Shown one piece after another: positions 24,801 to 36,656 of a DNA stretch of 64,000 nucleotides. Every line of letters begins with the position of its first letter. The stretch's first letter is position 1. The translations under genes and the position numbers were made by a program. The stretch is from Leucoraja ocellata (Eukaryota): contig JAWMAR010000026.1 in NCBI GenBank assembly GCA_036785375.1, forward strand, positions 12,090,001-12,154,000, in the 5' to 3' direction. Below the pieces are notes generated by a model, which worked only from the letters and a program-made list of their open reading frames with translations, did not search any database and was not told the origin of the DNA.

Positions 24801-26423
24801 GCAGTCTTCAGCAACTCAATGCACTACACATGATGCTGTTCCTTCATGGTTAGCCTTCACGCGAAGATCGTGAGTTATACAATCTACAATTATGTACAAT
24901 TATTGCTTTAGCAGTCCAATCCTCCAAAGTTCCCTTGAGTCGTGATGCACACAATATTTTATATTTATTTTCATTTTCCAGGTTTTTTAGTTTAATAATC
25001 TCAGTTTTTCTTTTGTTCTCAGCGTTGTATTGATCCAATGTTTGGGTTCTATCCAGTAGTCTATTGGTAAATTCAGTAACAAATGTAACTCAGTTTTATT
25101 CCGCTCAACATTTCAGTTCACGTTTATTTCAGTAGCAGAAGCATTGCAACCATTGCTAAGCTCCCGCAGGGTTCATTCAGCGCTGGCATTAAAGTATCAT
25201 CGGAGGCAACGGACTCAACTAAAAGAGCAAAGGTCTGGCTAATTTCTGAACCTCAATAATAAAAGAAGGTTATAAAAATAACTCAGCCGACACTGAAGCA
25301 ATCAAACTTTTATTACAGATCCTTGGGAATGCAATTCGAAATAAGTAGATCTGCTCTATTGTCCATATAACTGAAGATGGAACAGAAAGGATATATTACC
25401 CCAATGACCACATTTCACTGATCGTAGAGGGAATGAACATTTCAGTGCCAACGAACTTTACAAAATATGAAAGAGGACGGAGTTACAGACAGAACTGTCA
25501 TTGTTACTTCACAAATGTTTTAAGTTGATAGAGCATATGAGATTGCTCTCAAAGTCACACCCAATCCTTTATTTATAGAGAACTAAATTATGTTAAGCCT
25601 TTCCTGGTTAGGCCTCTGCTGGAATGTTGTTTTCCAACCTGAGAGTTGCACATTAGAAAAGTGAGAGAGTGTGGAGAGCGAACGTAAAAGGAGGTGGTGA
25701 AATAATTCTGGCAAGTGAAGAAAATAGTCAAGTGGTTTTCTCCTTAAATACAAACATAATAAATAAAAGTACTTTCAGTTATGAATAATAAGGAAAGATG
25801 GGTGACATCCTTTCTGGTGTAACGGTCAGACGTACCATCCCCCGCTATTACCAAAGAATTACACAAGGAAAATGCTACTGATTGATTTTCACCTCCTGTT
25901 GCAAACGACCTAACTTGGCCTCGGCCGACATCGGGCAAAGAACGTGCAATAGACTGAATTTTGAATGTGTCTCGCTTTTATTCAAACATTTTGTATTATT
26001 GTGCTATAGAAACATAGAAACTAGGTGCAGGAGGAGGCCATTCGGCCCTTCAAGCCAGCATCGCCATTCATTGTGATCATGGCTGATCGTCCCCTATCAA
26101 TAACCCGTGCCTGCCTTCTCCCCATATCCCTTTACTCCACTAGCCCCTAGAGCTCTATCAAACTCTCTCTTAAATCCATCCAGTGACTTGGCCTCCACTG
26201 CCACCTGTGGCAGGGAATTCCATAAATTCACAACTCTCTGGGTGAAAAAGTTTTTTCTCACCTCAGTCTTAAATGACCTCCTCTTTATTCTAAGAAAGCC
26301 TCGTTAATCATGTGATACCGGACGTCAGGATCACATGTTCCATACAAGAGATCCTATTTACTAGACAAACTTGTAAAGAGACCACATTCATTTACACCGA
26401 GTGGACAAGCCACGTTTCCTAAT

Positions 26424-28102
26424 ATGTTGGCGAAATTTCCTGTACGGTGCATGTCGCTATGTGGTATAATTTGGCATGGTGAGTTTAGATATTTGTGTTG
26501 TTCCTGAATTGCAATTCATATTTTACATCTTTTTTTCCTGTTTACATCCGGCAGATGTAGCAAAAATGCCCCTTCCATTTGGGTGCCCTTCTTCCATGAT
26601 TGTTTTGTATTAATCTGCTATTTTTTTCCTTATCCAGTAAATGCAACTAATGTCTTACTTAATTTCGGCAGTTGTGGAAGTATCTTCGAGCTCAGTGTAT
26701 CAATTTCCTAATGATGCAGATGTCCCCATCGGTGCAAACTTCACCATGTTCTGCAAATTTCCCATATCGCAAGATACTATTTCCGTTTTTTGGTGGAGAG
26801 AAGGCATGAGAACATCATTGGAACCAGATACGAGAAAACAATTTCATGTAGGTAGCGGGAGCGGAACATTTGTTCTCCATAATGTCAATGTTGCAGACTC
26901 GGGAACATATTACTGTCAAGCAAAGCACCAGAATCAACACATTGGGAATGGAAGTGGCTGTCTGCTGACTGTGCTCGGTGAGTGTGCATGTTCGAAAATT
27001 AAGAGATTTTCAGTTCTCTGTCATTTACATATAAATTCGTCGTCTATAAAATGTTCCTTGATAAAATGCCGGTGCTAATAAATCCCAAGAAATATAATGG
27101 AATGGACGACTTGAACTGCGTCTTGAACTGAAATGAATAGCTGTGGTAGAAAGTCAGTTTTCCTTTCACCGAGGAAAGGAATGGCGAACAATTTTAGCAA
27201 CTTTCCCCTAGATTAGGCATTGTACGCAACATTAAAGTTGGGATATTCCATATCAGCAACATCACTGATATTCCACTTCAGCTGCTTCCCGTGTTCATTC
27301 ATTGCCCAGGTATCTTTCTGATGCTTCGATATCCAAATCTTATATTTGACTCGGCGCATGACCGTGTTGAACTCTGTACATTCCCATAGTGAAGTATGCA
27401 CCATTGAAAATCTCCATCCCAAGATCTGAACATCAATTGACCAATCAATTTTGAGCACCGAAATGTAATCAATGAACGTAACTACACCCTAACAATGCAC
27501 GTAACCACCCGACTCGAGAAATCTGTGACATCTCTACTTTAATACCATTATTTTCAATTAAGGAAATACCGATAAAGTCCCAAGCGTTAAAGTTAACATA
27601 GAAAGCCAGTCGTTTCCATTCAGAACATTGGCGCCTTTATCCCATATTACCCAAATATTAACCCTCCTTGTATAATGTCTAAAATCGCTCAGTTTGTATA
27701 TCCAGTGTTCAAAAAAATCCATGGTTAACCAACGTAATATATAATTATAATATAGATCACTGAAGTGTAATGGAAACATGCAATATAACTTTTTTTCTTC
27801 TGCTTAAGATTCCCCAACTCCTTTGAACATTGTTTCACTTGAAGATAGTTTGGCTGCTCCAAAACTCGTGTGTAAAACAGATGCGTTTTATCCAGAGACA
27901 TTAGAAATCTTCTGGAGAAAAAATAATGTGGACATTCTAACTGGCATTGAAACCGTGAAATACAGGAATGCGGAACGATTGTATGAAGCTTCCAGCTTTT
28001 TGGAAATAGCGCAGCCTGCCCGGGGTCAAGATGTGTACACCTGTTTAGTATCGCATATCTCACTTAAGGTACCGGCCAGTTTCACCTACATCGTCGAACC
28101 AG
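26424..28102 (+). CDS. IgSF receptor gene A (leader-VJ-C1; 3' exons not visible)
   Basis: Exons 26424-26478 (MLAKFPVRCMSLCGIIWH), 26672-26977 (V-type), 27809-28102 (C1), all phase 1 with AG/GT; assembly gap follows. Confidence 0.88.
26672..26977 (+). CDS. Gene A VJ-type Ig domain exon
   Basis: TMFC...WWR...DSGTYYC...IGNGSGCLLTVL; CAG acceptor, GTGAG donor. Confidence 0.92.
27809..28102 (+). CDS. Gene A C1-set Ig domain exon
   Basis: LVCKTDAFYPETLEIFW...YEASSFLEI...YTCLVSHISL. Confidence 0.92.
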
Positions 28103-28258
28103 GTAAGACTGGGAATATTTGCAGTTGAGAATGAGTTAGTAGCTGATCAGAATAGCGGATTAAAATTTTAGATCTATAGAAATAATATAGGGAGAAAGAG
28201 TTAAGGTGAATCATTTTTACACCAACGCTTCAATGTACCAGCATTAATCATCCCAATG

Positions 28259-28458
28259 NNNNNNNNNNNNNNNNNNNNNNNNNNNNNNNNNNNNNNNNNN
28301 NNNNNNNNNNNNNNNNNNNNNNNNNNNNNNNNNNNNNNNNNNNNNNNNNNNNNNNNNNNNNNNNNNNNNNNNNNNNNNNNNNNNNNNNNNNNNNNNNNNN
28401 NNNNNNNNNNNNNNNNNNNNNNNNNNNNNNNNNNNNNNNNNNNNNNNNNNNNNNNNNN
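28259..28458. other. Assembly gap (200 N)
   Basis: Run of N. Confidence 1.
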
Positions 28459-29100
28459 TTTTCCGGTTAAGAACCTCCATCTCATTTTATTCGCCATGCA
28501 ATTTCAAAGACTCTCTGGATAAAGGGCAGACGTTTTACACACGAGGTTACGGAGGAGAAATCCTTCAACCGGAACAAATTTTAAGGAAGTTGGTGGAGCT
28601 GAAACCAAATGAAGGCCTTCTCCACATTTGGATGAGCACGTTGTCTCCTTTCTCCCGCCTAATTGTATAAACTACTTATATTAGTTGGTCGAGAAATGTT
28701 TTTTTAACCGTCTGCGTTGACGTTATATTATAAATTCTTGCATGGTGGGTAATAAGATGACGTTAATTTTGTGCAATGCACAAACAGGTTGAATCTAAGA
28801 ACTGATACCATGCTTGTAAATGAAACCAACGTGACGAAGACATTAATTGGCATCCAACTACTGTGCGACACGTAGTAAATATTTGTTAAAAAGAGCCGTT
28901 CAATCACTGTTTATGTGTCCGATGGATAAGAGCTTAGTAGACTGTGGCGTCGTATAATTGTTCGACGTTCATCGCGCTTAACGAGTTTTAAATTGTATAA
29001 CATTGTATAATTGTATTGTATATTAAATGTATTTCACGGTTCGGAAGATATTATCTAATTCAGTGTATTGATATATTTTATATAATAACTACTATATAAT

Positions 29101-32100
29101 ATCTATCTATCTATCTTATATATATAAACCTCAAATCAGTCCGCCTGCCGCCGTACGGCGTCCGCCGCGTTTCTTCCTTTGACGCTCCGCAACTCCGAAA
29201 CCGGACGCGGAATCGTCGACGTCTTTTCCATTTCGGTAGAGATTTTGCTTTTCTTTCTAAGTATCCGCTCCTCGTTACATTTCGTCGTGTTTAAGTACGC
29301 TTTTTTAATCAAATCCTACACCCCCCCCCCCCCCCCACCACCTCGATATTTCAAAAAGAAACTGGATTCTCATCCACACAAGCAGCTCCCTGTGAACGTT
29401 CCATCGTGTGATGTCACAATGCCCGATGCTCACAGATGGCCAATCGGAATGGATTCATTTACATATGCCTTTGCAGGAGCCCAGCCCATGGTGAACATTC
29501 CATCGTGTGATGTCACAATGCCCAATGCTCAAATTACATTGTTGCCATAGACAACGCTCAGCGATTATTCAAATTCTTCATAACTGTCATTTCTGATTTG
29601 CTTGTTGAAGTGAAAAGTCCTGAATTGCATTGTCTGATGCAGGAAGATTGTTCAGATGTTGGGAAGTCCAGGACACGCGGGACACAGTTTAAGGGATAAA
29701 GGTGAAATCCTTTAGTACTGAGATGAGGAAACATTTTTCACACAGATAGTGGTGAGTCTCTGGAACTCTCTGCCACAGAAGGTAGTGGAGGCCAGTTCAT
29801 TGGCATATTTAAGAGGGAGTTAGATGTGGCCCTTGTGGCTAAAGGGATCAGGGGTATGGAGAGGGGGAGCTGTGAGGAGGATGCTAGGAGACTGCAAGGT
29901 GACTTGGATAGGCCTGGGTGAGTGGGCAAATGTTTGGCAGATGCAGTATAATGTGGATAAATGTGATGTTATCCATTTTGGTGACAAAACGGGAAAGCAG
30001 ACTATTATCTAAATGGTGGCCGATTGGGAAAGGGGGAGATGCAGCGAGACCTGGGTGCCATGGTACACCAGTCATTGAAAGTAGGCATGCAGGTGCAGCA
30101 GGCAGTAAAGAAAGCGAATGGTATGTTAGCTTTCATTGCAAAAGGATTTGAGTATAGGAGCAGGGAGTTCTACTGCAGTTGTACAGGGTCTTGGTGAGAC
30201 CACACCTGGAGTATTGCGTACAGTTTTGGTCTCCAAATCTGAGGAAGGACATTATTGCCATAGAGGGAGTGCAGAGACGGTTCACCAGACTGATTCCTGG
30301 ATGTCAGGACTGTCTTATGAAGAAAGACTGGATAGACTTGGTTTATACTCTCTAGAATTTAGGAGACTGAGAGGGGATCTTATAGAAAACTTACAAAATT
30401 CTTAAGGGGTTGGACAGGCTAGATGCAGGAAGATTGTTCCCGATGTTGGGGAGGTCCAGGACAAGGGGTCATAGTTTAAGGATAAGGGGGAAATCTTTTG
30501 TGACGAGATGAGAGAACTTTTTCACACAGAGAATGGTGAATCTCTGGAACTCTCTGCCACAGAGGGTAGTTGAGGCCAGTTCATTGGCTATATTTAAGAG
30601 GGAGTTAGATGTGGCCCTTGTGGCTAAGATCAGGGGGTATGGAGAGAAGGCAGGTACGGGATACTGAGTTGGATGATCAGCCATGATCATATTGAATGGC
30701 AGTGCAGGCTCGAAGGGCCGAATGGCCTACTCCTGCACCTAATTTCTATGTTTCTATCAGCCGTGATCATATTGAATGGAGAATGGTGCAGGCTCGAAGG
30801 GCCGAATGGCCTACTACTGCACTTAATTTCTATGTTTCTATGTGTCCCTCTCCTCACCCCTCTCCCTCTGCCACCCATCTCTCTCCCCCACCCCCCTTCC
30901 CTCTCTACCACCACCCCCACCCTCTCTACCACCACCCCCTTCCCCCTACACCTCTGTCCCTCTTCTACCACTCCCGCTACCCCTCTACCCCTCCCTCCCT
31001 CCCCACTCTTCCACTTCTCTCCCACTCTCTCCTCCCCCACTCCTCACCCCTCTCCCATCCCTCTCTCCCCACCCCTTCCCTCTCTACCCCACCCCCTACC
31101 TTCTCTCCCCCCACACCCTTCCCTATCCCTCTGTCGCTCTTCCATCACTCCCGCTACCCCTCTCCTCCTCCCTCCCCACTCTTTCCCCTCTTTCCCCCTA
31201 CCCCTCTCCCCATCCACCCTCCCCCAAAGCTCTCTCCCCATCCCTCACCCCCTACCCCGCTCTCCTTTCCCTCCCAAATCTATCCCGTTTCCTCCTCCCC
31301 CCTCCCCTCTTCTCACCCCCCCCCCCCCCCCCCGCAAACGCCGTTGGGGAAACAGACCATAGAGGGAGTACAGAGAAGGTTCAACAGACTGATTCCTGGT
31401 ATGTCAGGACTTTCAAATGAACTGGATAGACTTGGCTTGTACTCGCTAGATTTTAGAAGATTGAGGGGGATCTTATAGAAACGTACAAAATTCTTAAGGG
31501 GTTGGACAGGCTAGATGCAGGAAGATTGTTCCAGATGTTGGGAAGTCCAGAACAGGGGTCACAGTTTAAGGATAAGGGGGAAATCCTTTATCATATTGAA
31601 TGGTGGTGCAGGCTCGAAGGGCCGAATGGCCTACTACTGCACTTAATTTCTATGTTTCCCTCTCTTCACCCCTCTCCCTCTCCTCACCCCTCTCCTCACC
31701 CCTCTCCCTCACCCATCTCCCTCTCTCCCTCACCCCCCTTCCCTCTCTACCCCACTCCCTTCCCTCTCTCCACCCGCCCCCTTCCCCCTACCCCTCTCCT
31801 CCTCCCTCTCACTCCCCACTCTTTCCCGTCTCTCCCTCCACCCCTCTCCCCCTCCTCCCCTCCCTCCCCATTCCCCCCTCCCCCACATCTCTCTCCCCAT
31901 CCCCCTCTCTCACCCCCTACCCCGCTCTCCTTTCCCTCCCAAATCTGTCATGTTTCCTCCTCCTCCTCTCCCCTCCCTCCCCTCTTCTCACCAACCCCCC
32001 CCCCCCCTCCCCCCACCTGTGAGTTTGGGGGTGGTTAATTTGAGTGTGATGCCGCAGCCCCTACTCCCCCTCCCCACCCCCCCCCCCCCCCCCGCAAACG

Positions 32101-33494
32101 CTGTTGGGGAAACAGACCCAACGGGTCTGCACTTGGTCTAGTATATATATAAAACTCAAATCAGTCCGTCCGCCAGCAGTACGGCGTCCGGCTGCATTTC
32201 TTCCTTTGATTCATTGCCACGCCCAATCCAGACGCTCGATCTCCGAGATATTTTCCATTTCGGTAGAGATTTCGCTTTTCTTTCTAAGTATCCGCTCCTC
32301 ATTTCATTTCGTCGTGTTGAAGTACATGTTTTTAATCAAATCCTTCTCCCCCCCCCCCCCCCAAGTATTTCAAAAATAAACAGGCTTCTCCATTTACATG
32401 TCAGCTTCCAACACACTTCGAAACAAAGTTGCAAGAGAGGAACACTGAACTTTTCACTGCTGCAGCAGGCAGGGGAGGGCTGCAATCTTACATTTGGGAA
32501 CGGGCTCAGTTCCAATGGAGGAGACAGGTGCATGGTGGAATATTGGGTTGGGGGATCACACCATTGGGGAGCAGACCCAACGGGTCTGCACTTGGTCTAG
32601 TATATATATAAAACTCAAATCCGTCCGCCGTCCGTCCGCCTGCAGTACGGATCCCTTCCTGCCTTTTGATTCGTGCCCGATACTCGCAGATGTCCAATCG
32701 GAATGGCCGATGCTCGCAGATGTCCAATCGGAATGGATTCATTTGCATGTACGGCTGCCGGCTGCATTTCTTCCTTTCATTCATTGCCACGCCCAATCCA
32801 GACGCTCAATCTCCGAGATATTTTCCATTTCGGTAGAGATTTCGCTTCTCTTTCTAAGTATCCGCTCCTCATTTCATTTCGTCGTGCTGAAGTACATGTT
32901 TTTAATCAAATCCTTCTCCACCCCCCCCCCCCCACCCACCCCCAAGTATTTCAAAAATAAACAGGCTTCTCCATTTACATGTCAGCTTCCAACACACGTT
33001 GAAACAAAGTTGCAAGAGAGGAACACTGAACTTTTAACTGCTGCACCAGGCAGGGGAGGGCTGGAATCTTACATTTGGGAACGGGAGTTCCAATGGAGGA
33101 GACGGGTGCATGGTGGAATATTGGGTTGGGGGATCACACCATTGGGGGAGCAGACCCAACGGATCTGCACTTGGTCTAGTATATATATAAAACTCAAATC
33201 CATCCGACGTCCGCCTGCAGTACGGATCCCTTCCTGCCTTTTGATTCGTTGACGGCTGCACCTTCCTATCAGCTTCCAACACACTTTGAAACAATGTTGC
33301 AAGACAGGAACACTGAACTTTTCACTGCTGCAGCAGGCAGGGGAGGTGCAATTGAGGGAGGCAGGGGAGTGCTGGAAACTTACATTTGGCAAAGGCTTCA
33401 GTTCCATTGGAGGAGACGGGTGCATGGTGGAATATTGGGTTGGGGGAATCACACCATTGGGGGAGCAGACCCAACGGGTCTGCACTTGGTCTAG
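29101..33494 (+). mobile_element. Tandem array of non-autonomous Helitron-like units
   Basis: 3' hairpin CAGACCC-AAC-GGGTCTG plus CTAG at 32141, 32600, 33179 and 33494; each unit restarts TATATATATAAAACTCAAATC; the first unit carries CR1 fragments. Confidence 0.85.
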
Positions 33495-35559
33495 TATCTA
33501 ATAAATGCCAATGAATACATTGCAAAGGTTCCAATAGTCGTTATTATCCATTTCAACTCAGAACAAATGGCTGCCAATTTTGCCACATGGCTGCCCGTGT
33601 AACCAATTATATTGGGAGAGCAGAATAGAGGAGAATATTATTTCCTGTCACCAGGTTCAGTAATAACAACGCTTTGTATGTGGTTCAATTTCCATGTTTT
33701 CAAAGAAGGAATGACACATTTAATGCAGCAATCTAATTGATCTGAAGAAGGTTACTTTGTATTACTTCTTTCCAAAATGAACACGTTATAATGAACCAGG
33801 AACACGGAAGTTTTCAAGAGAACTTTCAGAATATTTAGTTGAAATAAATAAATGATGCACATGCCTTTACCTTTGTTTATAAGTCCAATACGACGATAGG
33901 ACTGATCTGCATCATAGCTCATTCAAACATATGCAACGTAGACAAAAATGTTGGGGAAACTCCGCGGATGAGGCAGCATCTAAGGCGCGAAGGAAATGGG
34001 CAACGTTTCGGGTGAGGTGCTGCTCCTCCAATTTACGGTGGTCCTCACTCTGGCCATGGAGGAGGCCCAGGACACAAAGATCGGATTCGGAATGGGAGGG
34101 GGGAGTTGAAGTGCTAAGCTACTGGGAGGTCAGGGGTGGTTATTGCGAACTGAGCGGAGGCGTTCGGTGAAGTGATCGCCAAGCCCACGCTTGGTCTAAC
34201 CGATGTAGAGCAGCTGACATCTAGAAACGTAAAAATATAGAAACATAGAAAATAGGTGCAGGAGTGGGCCATTCGGCCCTTCGAGCCTGCACCGCCATTC
34301 AATATGGTCATGGCTTATCATCCAACTCCATCCCCTGTACATGCTTTCTCTCCATACCCCCAGATCCCTTTAGCCACAAGGGCCACATCTAACTCCCTCT
34401 TAAATATAGCCAATGAACTGGCCTCAACTACATTCTGTGGCAGAGAATTCCAGAGATTCACCACTCTCTGTGTAAAAAATGTTTTTCTCATCTCAGTCCT
34501 AAAAGATTTCCCCTTTATCCTTAAACTGTGACCCCTTGTTCTGGACTTCCCCAACATCGGGAACAATCTTCCTGCATCTAGACTTTCCAACCCCTTAAGA
34601 ATGTTGTAAGTGTCTATAAGATCCCCCCTCAATCTTCTAAATTCTAGCGAGTACAAGCCGAGTCTATCCAGTCTTTCTTCTAGAGCAGCGGATGCAATAG
34701 ATGAGGTTCGAAGAGGTGTAGGTGAACCTCTGCCGCACCTGGAAAGACTGCTTGGGTCCTTGAATGGAGTCAAGGTGGGAGGTGAAGCATTTCTTGCGGT
34801 TGCAAGGGAAAGTGCCCGGAGAGGGGGTGGTTCGGGAGGGAGCGGTCTTTGCGGAAAGCAGACAGGGGAGGAGATGGGAAGATGTGGCAAGTGGTGGGAT
34901 CACGTTGGAGGTGGCAAAAATGTCGGAGGATTAGTTGTTGTATGTGACGGCTGTTAGGGTGGAAGGTGAGGACAAGGAGGACTCTGCCTTTGTTATGAGT
35001 GGGGGGTTGGGGAGTGAGAGCAGAGTCACGGGGTATAGAAGAGACCCTGGTGAGAGTCTCATCTATAGTAGAAGAGGGGAACCCTGTTCCCTGAAGAATA
35101 AGGACATCTCCGATGCCCTGGTGTGAAACACTTCATCCAGGGTGAAGATGCGGTGTAGACGGAGGAATTGGGAGTAGGGGATGGAGTCCTTACAGGAAGC
35201 AGGGTGGGAAGAAGTGTAGTCCAGATAGCCATGGGAGTCAATGGGTTTATAGTGGAAGTGGCGGCGCTGTTGAACAGCTGCGGCTCGCCTGCAGTCCGTC
35301 TGTTTTTACTTTTTTTTGTTGTTTTTTTGTTTTGTTTTAGCTAAATTTTAGTTTATTAGATTGTGTTATGGGGGGGGGGGGGTGAAACATATTTTTTGTC
35401 TTCCTTCGGGGGAATGCGACTTTTTCTTGTCATATCACCCATCTCTGCCTCCGTCTGCGCTGAGGCCTAATGGCGAAGCTGGCGGTCTCCAACCTGCGAC
35501 CGACCTCGAGGCTCCGGAGGCAGAGCCAGCCAGGACTTACAACGCGAGGTTGGCCGACT

Positions 35560-35930
35560 TCGGGGCTGTGGCGGCGGCGGCCCAACTCGCTGATGCGGCA
35601 TTCCAGCTTTCAGCAGCTGGCCGGAGCTGAGGCTGCGGGACTCGGATCCGAGGCAGAGGGACTCGGAGCTGATGGAGCGGTGGCCCGACTCGCTGAGGCA
35701 GCGGGACTCGGAGCGGAGGCAGCGGGACTCGGAGCTGAGGCAGCGGGGCTCGGAGCTGAGGCAGAGGCAGCGGCACTTGGAGCTGAGGCAGAGGCAGCGG
35801 CACTTGGAGCTGAGGCAGCGGTGGCCCGACTCGCTGAGGCGGCGTTCCAGCTTTCTGCAGCGGCCCGACTCGGAGCTGAGGCTGTGGCCGGCCGACTCGG
35901 AGCGGATATGGCGTTCCGGCTTTCGGTAGC
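35560..35930 (+). repeat. GC-rich minisatellite (~21-27 bp unit GACTCGGAGCTGAGGCAGCGG)
   Basis: Direct tandem repeats giving the low-complexity GLGAEAA ORF. Confidence 0.8.
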
Positions 35931-36056
35931 GGCGACATCACCACGGAGGTCCACTGGACTGGAGGGTGGCATCTTCGGCCTGGATCCCCTCAGCACAGAG
36001 GGAGAACAAGGAGGGAAGAGACAGAGACTAAGACTTTTGCTTCCACCACAGTGAGG

Positions 36057-36656
36057 AGGTGCTTGGTGAACAAGAAGGCTCACCTGCGACTCTTCTTCCT
36101 GAGGACACTGAAGAAGGTCCATCTGTCTCCTCGGATCCTGGTGAACTTCTGCCGCTGCAACATCGAGAGCATCACAGTATGGTATGGCAACTGCTCTGTC
36201 TCCGGGAAGGCATTGCAGAGGGTGGTGAAAATTGCCCAACGCATCACCGGTTCCTCGCTCCCCTCCATTGAGTCTGTCCAAAGCAAGCTTTGTCTGCGGA
36301 GGGCACTCAGCATCGCCAAGGACTGCTCTCACCCCAACCATGGACTGTTTACCCTCCTACCATCCGGGAGGCGCTACAGGTCTCTCCGTTGCCGAACCAG
36401 CAGGTCGAGGAACAGCTTCTTCCCGGCGGCTGTCACTCCCCTCTACTCAACAACGTACCTCGGTGACTGCCAATCACCCCCCCCCCCCCCCCGACACTTA
36501 TTATTATTTATTCAAATCATTTGCTATGTCACTCTTCCAGGGAGATGCTAAATGCATTTCGTTGTCTCTGTACTGTACACTGACAATGACAATTAAAATT
36601 GAATCTGAATCTGAATCTGAATCTGAATCTGAATCTGAATCTGAATCTGAATCTGA
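36057..36656 (+). mobile_element. Rex1/Babar-like LINE 3' fragment with (GAATCT)n tail
   Basis: KKAHLRLFFLRTLKK...FCRCNIESI, LLPSGRRYRS (DUF1891-like C-terminus); microsatellite at 36601-36656. Related decayed copies at ~39080-39600, 52780-53480, 57700-58420. Confidence 0.75.

Noticed and set aside
26672-28102. Rearranging TCR/Ig locus or MHC/B2M genes
   Set aside because: V and J-like strand are in one exon, I saw no heptamer-nonamer RSS, there are no peptide-binding-domain exons, and paralogues carry long ITIM tails.
30673-32141. Long Pro/Ser/Leu-rich ORFs
   Set aside because: Translations of pyrimidine-rich low-complexity DNA within the Helitron-like unit.
32101-33494. CRISPR-like regularly recurring repeat
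   Set aside because: Eukaryotic DNA; the repeats are Helitron termini separated by long homologous units, not unique spacers.
35470-36054. 194-aa Ala/Glu/Gly-rich ORF (GLGAEAA repeats)
   Set aside because: Product of a GC-rich minisatellite inside a nested repeat; open on both strands, no splice or domain evidence.
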